From Anaerolineae bacterium (GTDB lineage Bacteria; Chloroflexota; Anaerolineae; B4-G1; SLSP01), in assembly GCA_034437735.1 (NCBI GenBank), contig DAOTTS010000093.1:27705-91704 (forward strand): a DNA stretch of 64,000 bases, written 5' to 3'. Position numbers and translations under genes: made by a program. The notes below the pieces were generated by a model. It did no database searches. It was not told the origin of the DNA and worked only from the letters and a program-made list of their open reading frames with translations. Shown here piece after piece: positions 37,881-48,242 of this stretch (position 1 is the stretch's first letter; each line of letters starts with the position of its first letter).

Positions 37881-40800
37881 TTACTCACAGGGTAGGACCT
37901 CTATAGTCACAGCTTCGGTTCCGCCCCACACTTCTGGAAAATAAAGTTCGGAAACTGTCGCCGGGAGACTATGATAGGTCCCCGGAAACTTAGCTCGCAT
38001 CCAATACCGTGCCTGATATGTCCCTGGTGAAAGCTGACGCGCGAAAAAGTCAGCCTGGCTTTCGTGATACTCTCTACGTTCAAAGGGATCTAACCACTCA
38101 ACCGGTCCAGAATCAAGGGCGCCACCTACCCCCACTCCCTCTGCTTGATCTAGCAGCCCATTATTCACCGCACGAGCCGATCGAATAGCAAATCCAACAT
38201 CCGATTCCCTATACTGGATCGGCACGAATCCAGCAGGGAATAAATCCCGGACCCGTACATAATGACGTGTTGCAGGAATCACCACCGTTAACCGTACTTC
38301 GATGATATCCCCAACCGCCACCTTCTCTGTTTGCAAACATTCCGTAGCAACAGGCACGTGAAGAGTCTCTGAGCCTAGTATCTCTTGACGCGACATCTGA
38401 CAATATTGCCGATTGATACTCATCCCTCGGCTCTGGGATGATACCTCATCTATGGGCTGAAAGAGATGCAGGCTTGAGGCATAAAACAAACCACCGCTCC
38501 CAGACTTTCGAGTGAGAGATAGCAAATTGATGCCGTGCCGAAGCTCTTCTCCCAACGGAAGATCGAACGTCAATCCGGCTCCCAGCCTATCCTCACGCGT
38601 AGAGGAATCGTCCAAAAGAGAATGACCGTTGAGGGAGACATCGAAATCAAACGTACCCGTCGCAGAATCGTATTCTGCCATATACGTCGCTAATGAGGTG
38701 CTTGCCCACGCAGTCTCATAGACTGTGGGCCAACGGTCTAAGCGTCGAGCGCTCATAAGCCATCTGACAGCCTGAGGGAGGAGAGGGTCATCCGGTGATA
38801 AAACGGTGAGTGCCTCAACCGCTAAAGCCGTCACCTGGATATCCGTGGACCAGTGCTGACTATCAACATCCTCCCAATGTGCCCCCGTTGCAGTTATCCT
38901 GGCCTCAGATTGCAGATCTCCCAGCAACATGGCAACGCGAGGATCTGAGGGATCGACTGCGCCCAGCGCCAGCGCCAGATGAAAACGACCGGCTACCCCC
39001 AGGGCTTGGCGATCTCGATAAAGAATTGTTGCTGCCCCTGAAGGCCAAGGGCGATCCGCCTGAGAGAGCACCCGAATGGACAAAGCAAAATGAGGATAAC
39101 GCGAATCTGTTTGCAGGGCGCGCGTCATCATGGTCTCGATATAGTCCAGAGACCGGTCGATAACCCGGTCGGAGATGGGAAATCCTGCCGATCTAGCCCG
39201 AAGCAGGGTCATCGCCACATAACTTGTCATATGCAAGTTACTCCAGTCTCGCCACCACCCCCACCCCCCATCGGGATTCTGTCTCATCTGGATGCATTCA
39301 AGGGCTTCCGTGACCAGCGCCTCCATCTCTTTGACGTCCGCTTGTACCGACACATCCTGCATCTCCACTGCCTGTAAAGTAGCCAGCGACGTGAGTACCC
39401 AACTAGTCACGGCATCTGTGGCCCCATAGCTCGGCTGAGTGAGAAGTCCTTCCATCTGATCAATCAGACCAGAGGTAAGTGAAGTCTCAACGCTGAGTCT
39501 CAGTGCACTCGACATCGTCGCATTCATCGGGACGTGAAAAACTTCAATCCTCTCACCCGCTTCTCTTAAGACACCAGACGCGCCCTTGACATCGGGCATA
39601 TCCCACCGGTGAATAGGAATCGGATCGTCAAGGGTCATAACATCACGATAATCGCCCGCTTCAGCAGAGAAACTCAGCGTAGCAGAGGGCAACGAATCCT
39701 GGGACGCGTTCAAGGCCCAAAGAACCGGCATGCGCCCCATAGCCGGCACGACCACTTCTTGCACCAAGTTGCCCTCTACCGCAACCCCCTGAGCCTCAAT
39801 AGTCACTAGAGCGGTGAAATCTGAGGGCGTCCTGTTATGAACCACCGCCACAATCTCGGTTCGGTCCCCCACGACCAAGAATTCGGGGACCACGGGTTGT
39901 ACTGAAAGAGGTTGACGAACCTCAATTTCACGCTCAGTAACTCCTATCTCAGTCTCTTTTGTCGCTGCGGTCGCTCGCACCCGCCAAGTTGTTAAAGAAT
40001 CCGGGAGCTTCACCGATACCTCAACTTGACCATCTGGACCAGTTCTCAAAGCAGAATCCCAAAACGCCGTATCTGGGAAGTCCTGACGGATTCCAGGTAC
40101 TGTGGGCACTGTATCTCCTCCCCCAAGACCGGCTGGACCCTCCGAAAAAGCATAACCACTGGACGCTTCTATCTCCTCGCCCCATCGATTCATTAAAACG
40201 AGCAAAGTGTGACCTGACGAAACAGAAAGAGGATGCTCGCCATAGAAAGCTTCAACGATGGTTTGAGCCTCTGGCCCCCGTTTCAAGTCAAGTATCGCCT
40301 TATCTACGATCGAAAGGCTCACTTCGGCATCCACAGGCTGCCCCTCGTGATCGGAGGTTCGAACGGTCAACCGAGCTTCCTCACCGGGGCTGTACGTATC
40401 AAGATCCCCTTCAATTGAGACATCTAACAGATATTGAGACGGACTGACAGACACGTTAACGTAGCCAGCGCGCACATCGGGTCCCTGCTCGTCGGTCGCC
40501 GGGCGCACAGCTAATGCCGATACGTAAACGTTAGGCGCGTAGGCTTCCTCAATGGGTAGTTCAATGACAGGGTTAGGCTGATCGAAGACGAATCTCTTCA
40601 CCTTCAGCAAACTATCACGCTCCACGGTGAGCAACAATTGATAAGTCCCGGTAAAAGGAACCGGCACTAGGATTTGAGCACTCTCACCCACGTCGTAGAC
40701 CTGTGCGTCAGGCTTAAGAGCCATAACATCAGAGGTTGGATGCCACCCAAAGGAATCATCTCCGCTTACCCAGAGGGTCGTTTCCACAGCCACATCGTGC

Positions 40801-43800
40801 CCTTGTGCATCCTCGCTCTCCAACCTGACCACATAGTTCCCACTCCTCGGTGGGTTGAACACAGCAAGCGCATCACCATCAGCATCAGTCGTCAAAGTCG
40901 TTTCGGAGACAATCGAATCAATCGCTCGCCCAGGCGTGTTCTCACCATCATCAGATGCCCATGTTCTTCTGACTAACATCGCCGTGATTTCACGCTCCGG
41001 CAAAGGTTCGCCATCCCAATCGACAGCCCGAACCTCGATCTCAACACGTTCACGAGCGCGAACCATCCGTGCTTTCGGTCGAAGTCCAAGATACAGGTCA
41101 GCTTGATGAACAATCGCCTTACCAACAGCCGCAACGGGATCAGAAACGGGCAACTGAGACCTATCTGTCACTCGAACGTTCAAAGTCCACCTCTGGGACT
41201 CAACACTCTCGGAATCGCCCAAAGGGGTCAAGTCTGCCGGGAACTCCAAGAGGAGTCCCCCTGATTCATCAAGCGTACTTTTGCCTTGAGTAATCACCTT
41301 AGAAGACGCCCCAAAGGAATGACTATTCCACTGCCATCCCAGCTTGGACAATCGTTCAGACTCTCCCATGGCATAAGGAGCTGCCCTGAGCTCCCAATCA
41401 ACGGACCCATTTGAGAGACTCCCACCAGAGAAGTAGTCAGCCGCCACATGAAACTGCACGACCTCACCTTGACGGATATGCATAACATCAGGGAATACAT
41501 CCACTTGGAACGGCGACTTATGATATGCCTCAATGCTGACCCGCTTTGAGCCCCCGCCCATCCTCAAGGTTGCACGGTCACTGTTCTGTGAGTGAATCGA
41601 GGCATTGAGAACATATTCGCCTAATGCGATCATCTCTTCCAGATGGATCGAACCCGAGAAACTGCCAAACTCCGACAACGTAAGGGTTTCAGAATAGATC
41701 GGTCGCATATCGATAGTTTGCAGCGTTACGTCCACCTGAGTCTCTGCTCCCGGCACTTGATATGTACCTTCATACCCCTCACGCACCAACCCGTGGAAGT
41801 GCAACGTTTGCTCTGGTCGATAGAGCTCCCGATCCGTCTCCAGGAAAATACGAGAGGCTGGCGAGAGACCAGGGGCAAAATTGAGGCCGAACTCCCACGG
41901 AGAGGCCTCGCCAGACCAACCGGTCATTGCAATTCCGAAACCTGGTTCGCCGGCGGCCCCAATCACCGCGGCCACACGATTCCAGAGATTATCAACGGGG
42001 CTGATCGGGATTCTTGCCAAGCCTTCGTCATCCGTAGTTCCACCGGCAATGAGCAATCCTTGGTTGTCGATTAACCGCACCGCCGTACGCGTGATAGGCG
42101 ATCCGCTCTCCAAATCCGTGACCCAAACAACAGCCTCATCCCGCGTCAACTTAATGGAGATGTGACGATCGACAACGGCAATACCTAATCGACGAGGCCC
42201 GTAGTTTTGTCCCGGGATTTGCCACTCAAGCCCGTATAATCCAGTAGGAAGTGCACCACGCAATCTACGTAAGTACAGAGGAACGAGTTGACTCTGGTTG
42301 GGCGATAGATCGAAATCCTCAACCCATTCCCGCAATACGTCTCCCTCAGCGGAGGAATCCTGCCTGATAAACGTCGATTCGTCATATTGGCTGAGGACGA
42401 ACGAGATATCATCGGCATTCCTAGCCCCCAGATAAAGAACCGAGGGCTCGTCAGCGTTCATCGCCACCATGTCAGCAGCCATAGGCAGTTCTAAACGCAC
42501 AGGAAGATCTCCCGTGACGAAACATAAAGTTGTGGATTCTTCCAATGTATGCCCATAGATGTCGGAGACGCCGGATAAAACCTCAACACAATACTCTGTG
42601 CGAGGTTGGCGTTCCCATTGAAGGGTATATACGTTCGATATCTTATCGTAATATGTGTACAGACGCTCATCTTCAGGTTCGGGATCGATCTTTACATTAT
42701 CAGCCAGGGTCTTTTCATCGATGGCACCTGCAAAGTTGAGTTGGACAGGTCGGTTAAGTCCAACCAAAGTTTCGTTGTCATCCGGCGTATATCGAACGAG
42801 TTGGGGTTCGGAAACCGTATGAAAGGACCACATGCGCGGATTCTCCAAAGGCGCGCTGGTCCGCGCACGAGCTCGCGGACTCACCTGCACCGTGTAATCT
42901 GAATCCAGAACGAGCCTATCTGTCGGTGTGAATATCAACACAGCGCCATTATCACGCCAGCGAATCGTACCTGGGACAATGCGCTCGTCTTCGCTGACAA
43001 GATTGAATTCGCGTCCGGTGATTGCCTGATCCATAGGTGTGTTGAACGTAACACTAATGGCCGACGCCAAACGCACCTGTGCAAATCCAGACTCCGGAAA
43101 AACCGTCGTTATCCGGGGAGGAGCGGTTTCAAACGACCAATTAAAAGTTTCCTGAAGAACAGCCCCGCTTAGGCTTGCAACGCCTGAGGATAACGTAACG
43201 TTATAGCGCTCGCCGGCGCCCCACCCTGAGATGGGAGTGAAACGATAGAGCGAGGTATTCACCCACTCAGCTCGCCCCAGAACGGAAGGAGAGAACGTCA
43301 AGGGTAACTCAAGACACTCACCATCAGCTTGAACATACTCACCAACACAATGAATGGGAACAACGGGATGATTGAAAGCCAAGAGGATGTCTGTATCCCC
43401 GCGTAAATCAGAAGCACCATCTGGAGGATTGATTTGGGTAACGAGTAGCGGAGATACAGTGGAAAAAGCAAAGTTATACTCATCACCCATTTGAAGCCCA
43501 TCTTTTGATTGAGCAGCTGGGCCAAGCGACACTTGATAACGGGTTTGAGGATTCAAGCTCTCAGGATAAAATACCAATTCGGAGGTGTCGTCCCAGGCAA
43601 ACGCCCCCTCAACCTCTGGATAGAGGCTGAACGATTGGACGACACTCTCCTTATCCATAGGTTGATCAAAGACAAGCCGGATCTGGGTCGTCGTCGAGAC
43701 CACTTCACCTCGCCGAGGTTCAAAGTCTAGCACAAACGGGGGATACGGATCCGTGATTACAAAAGGCGTCGAAGTCGGAGGTAAGGTAGTTTCTGTCGGG

Positions 43801-43931
43801 GCAAGCGTCTCAGTCGCAGCCTCTGGCTGCGACGTTGCTCGAGTGGGTGATGTAGGTGTAGAAGTCTGACAGCCGGCCAAAATCACCACTAGGATGCAGA
43901 TGGCCAGTCCGATGAAACTGCGCTTATGCAT
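37881..43931 (-). CDS. Alpha-2-macroglobulin family lipoprotein (2,016 aa), thioester-less
   Basis: It has a lipoprotein signal (ILAGCQT). N-terminal SbsA-Ig-like repeats carry the P.V..F.P motif, followed by MG domains. An alpha/alpha-toroid TED region reads QNPDGGWGWW. At the thioester position GLLTQPSYGATDAV replaces the CGEQ thioester motif. Confidence 0.85.
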   Translation of the reverse strand: MHKRSFIGLAICILVVILAGCQTSTPTSPTRATSQPEAATETLAPTETTLPPTSTPFVITDPYPPFVLDFEPRRGEVVSTTTQIRLVFDQPMDKESVVQSFSLYPEVEGAFAWDDTSELVFYPESLNPQTRYQVSLGPAAQSKDGLQMGDEYNFAFSTVSPLLVTQINPPDGASDLRGDTDILLAFNHPVVPIHCVGEYVQADGECLELPLTFSPSVLGRAEWVNTSLYRFTPISGWGAGERYNVTLSSGVASLSGAVLQETFNWSFETAPPRITTVFPESGFAQVRLASAISVTFNTPMDQAITGREFNLVSEDERIVPGTIRWRDNGAVLIFTPTDRLVLDSDYTVQVSPRARARTSAPLENPRMWSFHTVSEPQLVRYTPDDNETLVGLNRPVQLNFAGAIDEKTLADNVKIDPEPEDERLYTYYDKISNVYTLQWERQPRTEYCVEVLSGVSDIYGHTLEESTTLCFVTGDLPVRLELPMAADMVAMNADEPSVLYLGARNADDISFVLSQYDESTFIRQDSSAEGDVLREWVEDFDLSPNQSQLVPLYLRRLRGALPTGLYGLEWQIPGQNYGPRRLGIAVVDRHISIKLTRDEAVVWVTDLESGSPITRTAVRLIDNQGLLIAGGTTDDEGLARIPISPVDNLWNRVAAVIGAAGEPGFGIAMTGWSGEASPWEFGLNFAPGLSPASRIFLETDRELYRPEQTLHFHGLVREGYEGTYQVPGAETQVDVTLQTIDMRPIYSETLTLSEFGSFSGSIHLEEMIALGEYVLNASIHSQNSDRATLRMGGGSKRVSIEAYHKSPFQVDVFPDVMHIRQGEVVQFHVAADYFSGGSLSNGSVDWELRAAPYAMGESERLSKLGWQWNSHSFGASSKVITQGKSTLDESGGLLLEFPADLTPLGDSESVESQRWTLNVRVTDRSQLPVSDPVAAVGKAIVHQADLYLGLRPKARMVRARERVEIEVRAVDWDGEPLPEREITAMLVRRTWASDDGENTPGRAIDSIVSETTLTTDADGDALAVFNPPRSGNYVVRLESEDAQGHDVAVETTLWVSGDDSFGWHPTSDVMALKPDAQVYDVGESAQILVPVPFTGTYQLLLTVERDSLLKVKRFVFDQPNPVIELPIEEAYAPNVYVSALAVRPATDEQGPDVRAGYVNVSVSPSQYLLDVSIEGDLDTYSPGEEARLTVRTSDHEGQPVDAEVSLSIVDKAILDLKRGPEAQTIVEAFYGEHPLSVSSGHTLLVLMNRWGEEIEASSGYAFSEGPAGLGGGDTVPTVPGIRQDFPDTAFWDSALRTGPDGQVEVSVKLPDSLTTWRVRATAATKETEIGVTEREIEVRQPLSVQPVVPEFLVVGDRTEIVAVVHNRTPSDFTALVTIEAQGVAVEGNLVQEVVVPAMGRMPVLWALNASQDSLPSATLSFSAEAGDYRDVMTLDDPIPIHRWDMPDVKGASGVLREAGERIEVFHVPMNATMSSALRLSVETSLTSGLIDQMEGLLTQPSYGATDAVTSWVLTSLATLQAVEMQDVSVQADVKEMEALVTEALECIQMRQNPDGGWGWWRDWSNLHMTSYVAMTLLRARSAGFPISDRVIDRSLDYIETMMTRALQTDSRYPHFALSIRVLSQADRPWPSGAATILYRDRQALGVAGRFHLALALGAVDPSDPRVAMLLGDLQSEARITATGAHWEDVDSQHWSTDIQVTALAVEALTVLSPDDPLLPQAVRWLMSARRLDRWPTVYETAWASTSLATYMAEYDSATGTFDFDVSLNGHSLLDDSSTREDRLGAGLTFDLPLGEELRHGINLLSLTRKSGSGGLFYASSLHLFQPIDEVSSQSRGMSINRQYCQMSRQEILGSETLHVPVATECLQTEKVAVGDIIEVRLTVVIPATRHYVRVRDLFPAGFVPIQYRESDVGFAIRSARAVNNGLLDQAEGVGVGGALDSGPVEWLDPFERREYHESQADFFARQLSPGTYQARYWMRAKFPGTYHSLPATVSELYFPEVWGGTEAVTIEVLPCE

Positions 43932-44107
43932 GAATAACCCGCCTCCTGAAAGACAAACCCAAAACAGAGCCGCACGCTTCTTAAATCACGACATCACAAA
44001 TCGGGAAGTGTTTTGCGCGAGGGATATATCCAACTGACGAAGAGGATTTCCCCATAATTTCATACGAAACCTCAACCCCATCATATTAACCCAGCATTGT
44101 CAAAACG

Positions 44108-44148
44108 CAAGCCACAAGCCCTCATTTTGAATGAGGGCTTGTGGCTTG
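44108..44148 (-). terminator. Strong hairpin terminator (19-bp stem, 3-nt loop) downstream of the YugP-like gene
   Basis: The stem pairs CAAGCCACAAGCCCTCATT with AATGAGGGCTTGTGGCTTG. On the minus strand it is followed by GTTTTG. Confidence 0.6.
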
Positions 44149-44176
44149 ACTCCAGATAGCTGTCTGATGAGCGAGG

Positions 44177-44869
44177 TTACCGCCTGCGGCGACGCATCCC
44201 GCCAAGAACCATCACATAGTACAACATCGTGGAAAGAGATTGCGCAAGAGCTGCAATGTAGGTAAGTGCAGCAGCGGATAACACCTTACGAGCTCCACGC
44301 ACCCCCTCAGATCCACTCACAATACCACTTTGTTTGAGAAGTGAAATCGCGCGCCGGCTGGCATCGAGTTCTACCGGCAGCGTCAGCAGAGAAAACACCA
44401 CAGCACCGGCGAAAAAGAAGACCCCGATAGTCGCAAGAGATTGGGAGCTGAGCATCATCCCTATGACAAAGAGAATCGGACCTAACCACGATGTAAAATT
44501 CACAACGGGGACTAGCCCGGACCGCAACCGAAGCAGTGCGAACGCTTGCGCATCTTGAACCGCGTGCCCAAACTCATGAGCTACAATCGCAACCGCCCCT
44601 ACGGATGAAGATCTGGCGACGTTGTTAGAGAGGCGCAAAACCTTCTTTCGGGGATCATAGTGATCGCTTAACTCGCCCTGCGTGCCCTCAATATGAAGCG
44701 AAAGCCCCGTGTGTTTCTGCAGCAACCGCGCCGCTTGCAGGCCATTAATCCCTGCATTGTTGGGTTTATCCAGATACTCACGATAGGTACTCCGCACTTT
44801 CCACTGCGCATAAAGCGCCAAGAGCAACGCCGGCAAACTGATCAGAAAATACGTCGGATTCCAAAACAT
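44177..44869 (-). CDS. Membrane zinc metallopeptidase, YugP-like (HExxH)
   Basis: It has an N-terminal TM helix, a zinc-binding motif HEFGHAVQD, and C-terminal TM helices. Confidence 0.7.
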   Translation of the reverse strand: MFWNPTYFLISLPALLLALYAQWKVRSTYREYLDKPNNAGINGLQAARLLQKHTGLSLHIEGTQGELSDHYDPRKKVLRLSNNVARSSSVGAVAIVAHEFGHAVQDAQAFALLRLRSGLVPVVNFTSWLGPILFVIGMMLSSQSLATIGVFFFAGAVVFSLLTLPVELDASRRAISLLKQSGIVSGSEGVRGARKVLSAAALTYIAALAQSLSTMLYYVMVLGGMRRRRR

Positions 44870-45161
44870 ACCGGCATCAACCTCCGAATCTTATTCAGGA
44901 AAGACTCACAACCAACGTTACAATCAATCGTACGGCCAATCCTCAGGTTTTATGCTACTCAATCGTATTCTACCCGACTTGACTTAGAATTCCATAAGAA
45001 ACCTGCACCACTGAATGCAGGAATGACAAACGGACTACCTTTCTGACCTCAAAGAGGAAAAGATAGTCCGCTTTTATAGGCGACCCACTACGGACCTTCA
45101 CAGCCTATGGGAGAACTACAATACGCCACTTAGCCTGACGTATCCGAGTTATGTCTCCTTC

Positions 45162-45917
45162 TCATTCAGAGTCCGATTGACGTTTCTCATAATCGATGAA
45201 TCGGTAGCCCATCCCCCGCTCAGTTAGGATGTACTGCGGATTTGACGTATCCGGTTCAATCTTTTTGCGTAGGTAGTTGATGTACAGGCGCAAATAGGAG
45301 ATTTCGTCCTTATACTCATACCCCCAGACCTTAGATAGGAGTGTGCTATGGGGAACGGTCCAACCGGCATTTTCAATGAGGTGACGTAACAGACGGAACT
45401 CGGTAGGTCTTAGTTTGATACGCTCGCCATCGACGATGACCTCAGCTGTGTTAAAATCTACACTAAGGTAATCGTCGATCTCCAGGACAGAGGTATCAGG
45501 CGGTGTCAAACTCTCAAACCGCCGAAGCACCGCTCTTACTCGGCTGACCAATTCGCGAGGACTAAACGGTTTCGTCACATAATCATCAGCACCGAGATCC
45601 AATCCTCGAACTTTGTCATCCTCAGAATCACGGACCGTGAGCATAATGATCGGCACGTTAGACGTTTCGCGAATCATCCGAAGCGTCTCGAAACCATCCA
45701 TCTCCGGCATCATCACGTCGAGCAGGACGAGGTCCGGCATCTTTTCGCGCACTTGATCGAGAGCTTCTAGACCGTTGTGAGCCTCAATGACCCGAAAATC
45801 CTCCATCTCCAGGTTGATACGGACGAACCGGATGATGCGCGGCTCATCATCCACAACAAGAATCAGGGGATGAAGGCCCGAGTCACTACTCACGGATGAA
45901 GGTAACGATCTGTTCAT
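45162..45917 (-). CDS. OmpR-family two-component response regulator
   Basis: The receiver reads LILVVDDEP...[11 protein letters not shown]...ITVRD. The winged-helix domain reads [12 protein letters not shown]...[12 protein letters not shown]...GYRF. Confidence 0.9.
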   Translation of the reverse strand: MNRSLPSSVSSDSGLHPLILVVDDEPRIIRFVRINLEMEDFRVIEAHNGLEALDQVREKMPDLVLLDVMMPEMDGFETLRMIRETSNVPIIMLTVRDSEDDKVRGLDLGADDYVTKPFSPRELVSRVRAVLRRFESLTPPDTSVLEIDDYLSVDFNTAEVIVDGERIKLRPTEFRLLRHLIENAGWTVPHSTLLSKVWGYEYKDEISYLRLYINYLRKKIEPDTSNPQYILTERGMGYRFIDYEKRQSDSE

Positions 45918-46128
45918 CTTCTTCTGTTGGCAGAATCTCTACGGAGTGAACACGGTTCCATGGATAAAGCACAACATTCGTTTCTGCTAAGAGATAGGTA
46001 ACCTCTCGCCCATCTCTCAATCGAGGACTTCTCAGTGCAATGTACTGAGCATTAGGATCAGGCAGTTCTTCAACGTCCCCTACAACTGCATCCTCGTTTT
46101 CAATGTGAACCAACAACGTATAGGGCAT
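45886..46128 (-). CDS. Small acidic hypothetical protein (80 aa)
   Basis: It has a strong RBS (AAAGGAG, 5-nt spacer). It lies between the FHA gene and the response-regulator gene and overlaps the regulator's start by 32 nt. Confidence 0.45.
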   Translation of the reverse strand: MPYTLLVHIENEDAVVGDVEELPDPNAQYIALRSPRLRDGREVTYLLAETNVVLYPWNRVHSVEILPTEEDEQIVTFIRE

Positions 46129-46196
46129 ATTAACTCCTTTGTGAACAAAAACCCATCAGGAATAACGATACTCAGCATTTTAAGGCAGCCGGGAGC

Positions 46197-46760
46197 TCAA
46201 TCCTCGTCACCAGGCGTATTCTTGTGAATGTGGACTTTGAGCTGCATAGTTCCAAATGTTAGTACATCTCCGTCACGAAATGCATAGGGAAGGTAAGGGG
46301 TCACCCGCTCCTCGTTCAGGAATGTTCCATTCGTGCTATCTAGGTCCTCCACGAAACAAGTGCCATCCCGAGTGTAAATACGGGCATGGCGTCTCGAGAC
46401 ACCTTGCTCTAGGCCGCCGTCCGTTGTCATATCAAGTTCCGGGAAAATCCCATGGGCTGCATCAAGTCGACCCACAAGGATTTCTCGATCTGCAGATAAA
46501 AGTATCTTCCGGCCCGTATTCAAAACATCAACCTCGATATTGATCGAACGGTTCTTCGCGTCTTCCCCTTCCCCATCCTGTCTCGGTCGAGCGGGTCGTT
46601 CATCCTCCTGATCGGGAAGAGGTTCGGTACGTAGAGGGCCACCCGAGGGCAGATAAGTTCCACACTGAACACAGAAAAGTGTACCGGGCAAATTATCAGC
46701 CCCGCACGATGGACACACTACCTTGCTATCCTTTTGAGTCATCGTTACCTCCCTTATCAA
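46197..46760 (-). CDS. Zinc-ribbon / FHA-domain protein
   Basis: The zinc ribbon reads CPSCGADN...CVQCG. The FHA region reads ILVGR...GVSRRHARIY...DLDSTNGTFLN. Its start overlaps the upstream stop as ATGA. Confidence 0.8.
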   Translation of the reverse strand: MIREVTMTQKDSKVVCPSCGADNLPGTLFCVQCGTYLPSGGPLRTEPLPDQEDERPARPRQDGEGEDAKNRSINIEVDVLNTGRKILLSADREILVGRLDAAHGIFPELDMTTDGGLEQGVSRRHARIYTRDGTCFVEDLDSTNGTFLNEERVTPYLPYAFRDGDVLTFGTMQLKVHIHKNTPGDED

Positions 46761-48220
46761 GACGAAGGAATGGAAAGGGCCCGTGTCCCATACCGAAGTT
46801 TTTTGCGCCCTTCAACTGTTGGCCCAGTACCCTGTGCGAGGCGTCCTACCTCCAGCATCGCAGCACGCCCCAATTCTCGATATCCCATATCAAACAAATG
46901 CGTTGCAGCAGATTCCAGATAACGCGTAGCCTGTTGCGGATCACCTGACTCAACAGACTGCCAGGCCTTCTCCTGAAGGCGGAAGACACTCAAACGGGCG
47001 ACCAGATTGAGCAGCCGAGGTGGAACCGATGTCTCCTCATGATTGTACGTGAAGTCAATGTGAACGTCCTGCTGCACACTAACGGTCTCTGAAGACTGGA
47101 CGTCCTTACCCGTAAGCTCCAATCTCATAATGCGCTTCGTGCCAATTTCATCATGATTCACAACCAATTCTAGAAGCAAGGTCAACGTATCCCGCCCAGA
47201 AACGTCCCCTATCTTGATAGACTGCCCCCTCTCAATAGGAAGAATCTCCATATGAGGAGAAACCCGAAAGGCGTTACGCAGCTCCACGTAAGGAACGACA
47301 CTAGCAAGCAGTTCCGTTTTGCGCAACACAAGATTAGTCAGTCCTTTAATCTCCGATTTCAGAGTTTCTCTTACCTTGGAAGGACTGTCGATGTAATAAG
47401 AGACACCGCCGCCGTAGCGCGCAACACTCTCGAGAAACAAATCATTCCAGTCTTCACCGATGCCAAAGGCTGAAATTCCTATACCATCATTGCCAGCCCG
47501 CCTTGCCGCTCGGAGCGCAAGCTCTTCATCACCATACGTACGCCCATCAGTAAACAGAATCACGTGATTAATCTTGTCATCAGCCCGGTGCCGTTGGACT
47601 TGTTTGATACCGAGAGACAGACCTTGATAGATCTCAGTGCCTCCGGCAGCAGTCATAGCTGCAATAGCCGATCGAAAACTATGCTGGTTACTAACGCTAT
47701 CGGAGGTCTTGATAACCTCAGCGCGATCACTGAAGGCAACCAAAGCTAAATGATCGTTTGGATGCAGAGAATCGACAAGTTCGTTCACTGCCATCTTAAC
47801 GTTATGCATCCGAGTCCCACGCATGGAGGTGCTACGATCAATGACCAATGCCAGATTCAAACGCTGGCGCGAATCGCGCAATTTCTCTTTCGGATGCACA
47901 TCCACCACCACGTAAAGCATCTGCCCATGCGACATCGGTTGGAGGGTCTCAGAGTTTAACAAGATCGATAAACTAATGGGAGCATCCTTATTCCGCCCCC
48001 GTTTGATCCGCTGTCGGTCATAAGCCCGGCGAAACGTTATGTCACCGAGCACTTCATAGGCCTCCTGAACCAAACGAAAGCGTGCAGCATCTCCGTGCGT
48101 TGCATCAGGATGATACTCGCGGGCTTTTTGACGGTAAGCCCTTTTAATCACATCTCGATCAGCATCCTCACTAACATCTAGAATACGATAGTAATCTCGA
48201 TTAGGATTAATCTCAACCAT
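46757..48220 (-). CDS. J-domain (DnaJ) / von Willebrand factor A domain protein
   Basis: The J domain reads DYYRILDV...AYRQKAREYHPD. The vWA MIDAS-like region reads LALVIDRSTSMRG...LVAFSD...ILFTDG. Confidence 0.8.
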   Translation of the reverse strand: MVEINPNRDYYRILDVSEDADRDVIKRAYRQKAREYHPDATHGDAARFRLVQEAYEVLGDITFRRAYDRQRIKRGRNKDAPISLSILLNSETLQPMSHGQMLYVVVDVHPKEKLRDSRQRLNLALVIDRSTSMRGTRMHNVKMAVNELVDSLHPNDHLALVAFSDRAEVIKTSDSVSNQHSFRSAIAAMTAAGGTEIYQGLSLGIKQVQRHRADDKINHVILFTDGRTYGDEELALRAARRAGNDGIGISAFGIGEDWNDLFLESVARYGGGVSYYIDSPSKVRETLKSEIKGLTNLVLRKTELLASVVPYVELRNAFRVSPHMEILPIERGQSIKIGDVSGRDTLTLLLELVVNHDEIGTKRIMRLELTGKDVQSSETVSVQQDVHIDFTYNHEETSVPPRLLNLVARLSVFRLQEKAWQSVESGDPQQATRYLESAATHLFDMGYRELGRAAMLEVGRLAQGTGPTVEGRKKLRYGTRALSIPSS

Positions 48221-48242
48221 AATAGGTTAGGCTTTCGAGAAT

